The notes under the pieces were generated by a model that was given only the letters and a program-made list of their open reading frames with translations, was not told the origin of the DNA and made no database searches. Positions 17,442 to 20,000 of a stretch of DNA of 20,000 nucleotides are shown here, piece by piece. Within the stretch, counting starts at the first letter, position 1. Each line of letters opens with the position of its first letter. The stretch comes from an uncultured virus (IMG/VR IMGVR_UViG_3300037357_000283) (Duplodnaviria; Heunggongvirae; Uroviricota; Caudoviricetes): the IMG/VR virus record IMGVR_UViG_3300037357_000283, one strand, 5' to 3'. Both the position numbers and the translations under genes were made by a program.

Positions 17442-17930
17442 TTGGCTACGCTGCCCGCCCCTGTATCGGTCGGTAAGGTTGATGCCAACCTAACGCTGCA
17501 GGTATCTAACCTCGCGGCGCTGCAGACTAGCCGCGCTACAGCGATTCAGACCGGTGGCGCTTTGAAATGGATGATGCCGCTGAACCCAGGGAAAAACTCT
17601 ACTACACCACTTAGCACGGTTCTGACGAATTATGTTGCTGTCGGGAACGCGTTTAACCGCGATGAAGCCAATCAGACGGGCGCTGCGGCGCAGAATCCAC
17701 AAAAACCCGGCATGGTCGGCGATATCACCCTGGCAGCGCTGCAGGTTGATTATCTTGGAACCATGGAACGGGCCTTTCGGTCGCGAATGCTGCAGGGGCG
17801 TTGCCGGTCTTTGGCTCACGCCAGTGCTCGCTTTGGTGGGCACGGCTGCGCCAATGGACCCTTGACCCAGTGTGTCCTGGGCTTCCTGCGTAGTATCGAT
17901 CAAGAAACCAAGAGGGTTTTACCGTCATGA
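17442..17930 (+). CDS. Hypothetical protein
   Basis: TTG start with SD AGGAG. Its stop overlaps the next ATG (ATGA). No family recognised. Confidence 0.6.
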   Translation: MATLPAPVSVGKVDANLTLQVSNLAALQTSRATAIQTGGALKWMMPLNPGKNSTTPLSTVLTNYVAVGNAFNRDEANQTGAAAQNPQKPGMVGDITLAALQVDYLGTMERAFRSRMLQGRCRSLAHASARFGGHGCANGPLTQCVLGFLRSIDQETKRVLPS

Positions 17931-18412
17931 CGCCGCAACTCGGACAACTGAGCAGTTACGCCGGTCGGACGGTGGATCTCCTGGCTTACCGTGGGGCAAT
18001 TCCCAGCGGCGATGTTCCGTTACTGCAAGCCATGGTCGCAACCACGGATGGCGGCCTGCTGTGTACAGGCATTCAAAAACTGGCCCAACGCTGGTTGATC
18101 GAATTCCTGACCCCTGCCGGTGCCTTGCGGTACGTTCCGGCGCGGGGTTGTGCGTTTCTGGCACAATTATTTTCCGGAGCGTTCCGGACTGCCGTAGATG
18201 TTCGCCAAGCTTTTTCAGCCTCGGCGGTCGTCATTCAGATCAATTTGCAAGCCGAGGATACCGCGACATCGCCGCTGGATGAGATCCTTGATTCGGCGAA
18301 CTTTGTCAATGCGGTCATTGATGGGGATCGGCTGTCGCTTACAATACAGATCATCAGCGCCGCCGGGACCAGTGTGCAGTTGATTTTGCCGGTAACCGTG
18401 CCGATCGGATAA
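17927..18412 (+). CDS. Baseplate wedge/sheath initiator protein (gp25/GPW-like)
   Basis: TGIQKLAQRWLIEFLTPAG....PARGC motif and terminal strands DRLSLTIQIISAAG. Directly upstream of baseplate J. Confidence 0.8.
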   Translation: MTPQLGQLSSYAGRTVDLLAYRGAIPSGDVPLLQAMVATTDGGLLCTGIQKLAQRWLIEFLTPAGALRYVPARGCAFLAQLFSGAFRTAVDVRQAFSASAVVIQINLQAEDTATSPLDEILDSANFVNAVIDGDRLSLTIQIISAAGTSVQLILPVTVPIG

Positions 18413-20000
18413 TGATGAGTCAAGCGATAACCGCCATTGAATTAACCGATTTCTCCGCGCTGAATCCAGCCGAGGTCACTGACCGCTTGACGGTCTTGGC
18501 GGAGATTCTTCAAGAAGCCCAGCCGACCATGGAACTTCGCCGCGGCGTGTTCTATGACCTGTTGCTTTACGCTGACGCCCTGTTGCACACGCAACTCCGC
18601 CAAGGCGTTATTGACCGTTACCTTTCCGCGCGGTCTTTCTTAATCGCGCAAGCTGATCCAGCCTTGGCCGATGCCGGAGTTTTGGCAGAGATTGCCTCTA
18701 ATTTTGGCGTGACTCCCGGTATTGCCGAAACCGCATCAGGGGCGGTGACCATCGTTGTCGATTCTGATACGGGAATCACTGTCGGCAACGCGACGGTGTT
18801 TACAGCAAATGGGCAGACTTTCTCAGCAGACGCTTCTTACTCCGCGGTTTCCGAAGCTGGACAGGTTATCGACATAACGACGCCCCTGCTGATTCCGCTG
18901 GGAAATAATCAGTGGGCTTTTCAGATTAATGTTGTCGCTTTGACCGCAGGATCAGCGGGTATGCTGGGAAAGGGCACCACGCTTATTCCCAGTCCGGTCC
19001 CGGCAGATTTTGTCCAAGCTTACGCAACCAATGATTTTTCTGGTGGCGCTGATGCAGCTAGCAACGCCAACCTGATAGCACAGATGGCGTCTGGTGTTGC
19101 CGCCAAGATACCAGGTAACCGTACCAATCTTCGGGCGCTGCTACGGGCTAATGCTCTTTTTGCCGGCTATGTTGGTGATTCAGCCGTCGGCGCGGGTAAC
19201 GCAGCAATGATCCGCGACAAGCATTCTATTTTTCCCGGCAGCTTAGGTGGCCGGATTGATTGGTACGTCAGGCCAACTTTACAAATTTCTCAGGTCACCT
19301 TGAGTCTGACGGCAACACTGCTGGCAATTAATGCCGGCGGAGTTGGGGTCTGGGTCTGCAATATTGACCGTGACACGGCCCCGGGTTTTTATGAGATTGT
19401 CTCGATTCTGTTACCGACCTCACCGCCAACCGGCAGCGGACTAATTGTTACCGCGGATGTCCGGGGGTTTGACCTGACTGTTGGAACACTAACAGCCGGC
19501 TATTCGCTGCCGGACATCGTCTCGCCAATCGAGGCGGCTTACAGTCGATTCCAGACCTCGGTGGTCCAGTTCCAGGACAACATCACCAATTACGCTTCTT
19601 TGTCCGTCGGAGCGACGGCAGTCTATAACGTTACCGTCAGCATGTTGCCGCAGATCGACGCCATTCAGGACTGGTTAAGTCAGCCAGAGAACGCCAGCCT
19701 GGATTCAGATATTCTGGTTAAGGCTCCGGTTCCTTGCTTCGTCGGGGTCTATATCCGGATCGCCAAGACGTTACTGGCTACATCGCCCGACACGGCGCCG
19801 CTGATTGCCGCGGTCGTCGCTAGTGTGAATCAAGCGCCATTCTCTGGCCGGCTTTACGCTGGAGCAGTTCAAGACGCCGTAGCAATCCTGCTGCCCGGTG
19901 GAATGGATGTCTCGGCGATCGAGCTGGTCGGGCGCATCCGCAGTCCCGACGGTAAGATGCGCTTTATTACCAGCACCAGTGTACTGGCGATCACCGACGG
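18412..20000 (+). CDS. Baseplate J/gp47 (gp6-like) wedge protein, 3'-truncated
   Basis: Not in the supplied ORF track because it has no stop in the window. Manual translation from ATG 18412/18415 gives MMSQAITAIELTDF...ELRRGVFYDLLL...LAEIASNFGVT...ASGAVTIVV...NVVALTAGSAG...NDFSGGADAASNANL, with hallmark baseplate J motifs. Confidence 0.88.
   Translation, partial: MMSQAITAIELTDFSALNPAEVTDRLTVLAEILQEAQPTMELRRGVFYDLLLYADALLHTQLRQGVIDRYLSARSFLIAQADPALADAGVLAEIASNFGVTPGIAETASGAVTIVVDSDTGITVGNATVFTANGQTFSADASYSAVSEAGQVIDITTPLLIPLGNNQWAFQINVVALTAGSAGMLGKGTTLIPSPVPADFVQAYATNDFSGGADAASNANLIAQMASGVAAKIPGNRTNLRALLRANALFAGYVGDSAVGAGNAAMIRDKHSIFPGSLGGRIDWYVRPTLQISQVTLSLTATLLAINAGGVGVWVCNIDRDTAPGFYEIVSILLPTSPPTGSGLIVTADVRGFDLTVGTLTAGYSLPDIVSPIEAAYSRFQTSVVQFQDNITNYASLSVGATAVYNVTVSMLPQIDAIQDWLSQPENASLDSDILVKAPVPCFVGVYIRIAKTLLATSPDTAPLIAAVVASVNQAPFSGRLYAGAVQDAVAILLPGGMDVSAIELVGRIRSPDGKMRFITSTSVLAITD

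Noticed and set aside
1..20000. Interpretation as T6SS/eCIS, or genome-wide TAG recoding
   Set aside because: No T6SS membrane complex, ClpV or Afp15-type ATPase is seen, and neck-like genes plus the G/GT frameshift point to a phage. The long genes are intact under code 11, so there is no sign of general recoding.

Overview
The whole window is one + strand, densely packed virion-morphogenesis operon of a contractile-tailed (myovirus-type, probably large) phage or prophage. A phage-derived injection system is less likely. All protein calls come from motif recognition and gene order, not database searches. Order: head-tail adaptor (5'-truncated), head-closure/neck protein with FN3-like and Zn-finger domains, small Pro-rich ORF, tail terminator, enlarged tail sheath (944 aa), tail tube, large gp5/VgrG-like spike, tail assembly chaperone pair, tape measure, tube-fold baseplate protein, unknown, baseplate hub, sigma-70 (FliA/WhiG-like) factor, unknown, gp25-like wedge, baseplate J (3'-truncated). 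Most notable: (1) a divergent sigma factor embedded among the baseplate genes; (2) an orphan IS200/IS605 tnpB 3' end/omegaRNA-like element directly upstream of the sheath gene; (3) a G-GAT-TTT -1 frameshift site with a strong downstream hairpin joining the two chaperone ORFs; (4) several structured translation-initiation regions, including a perfect 20-bp palindrome.
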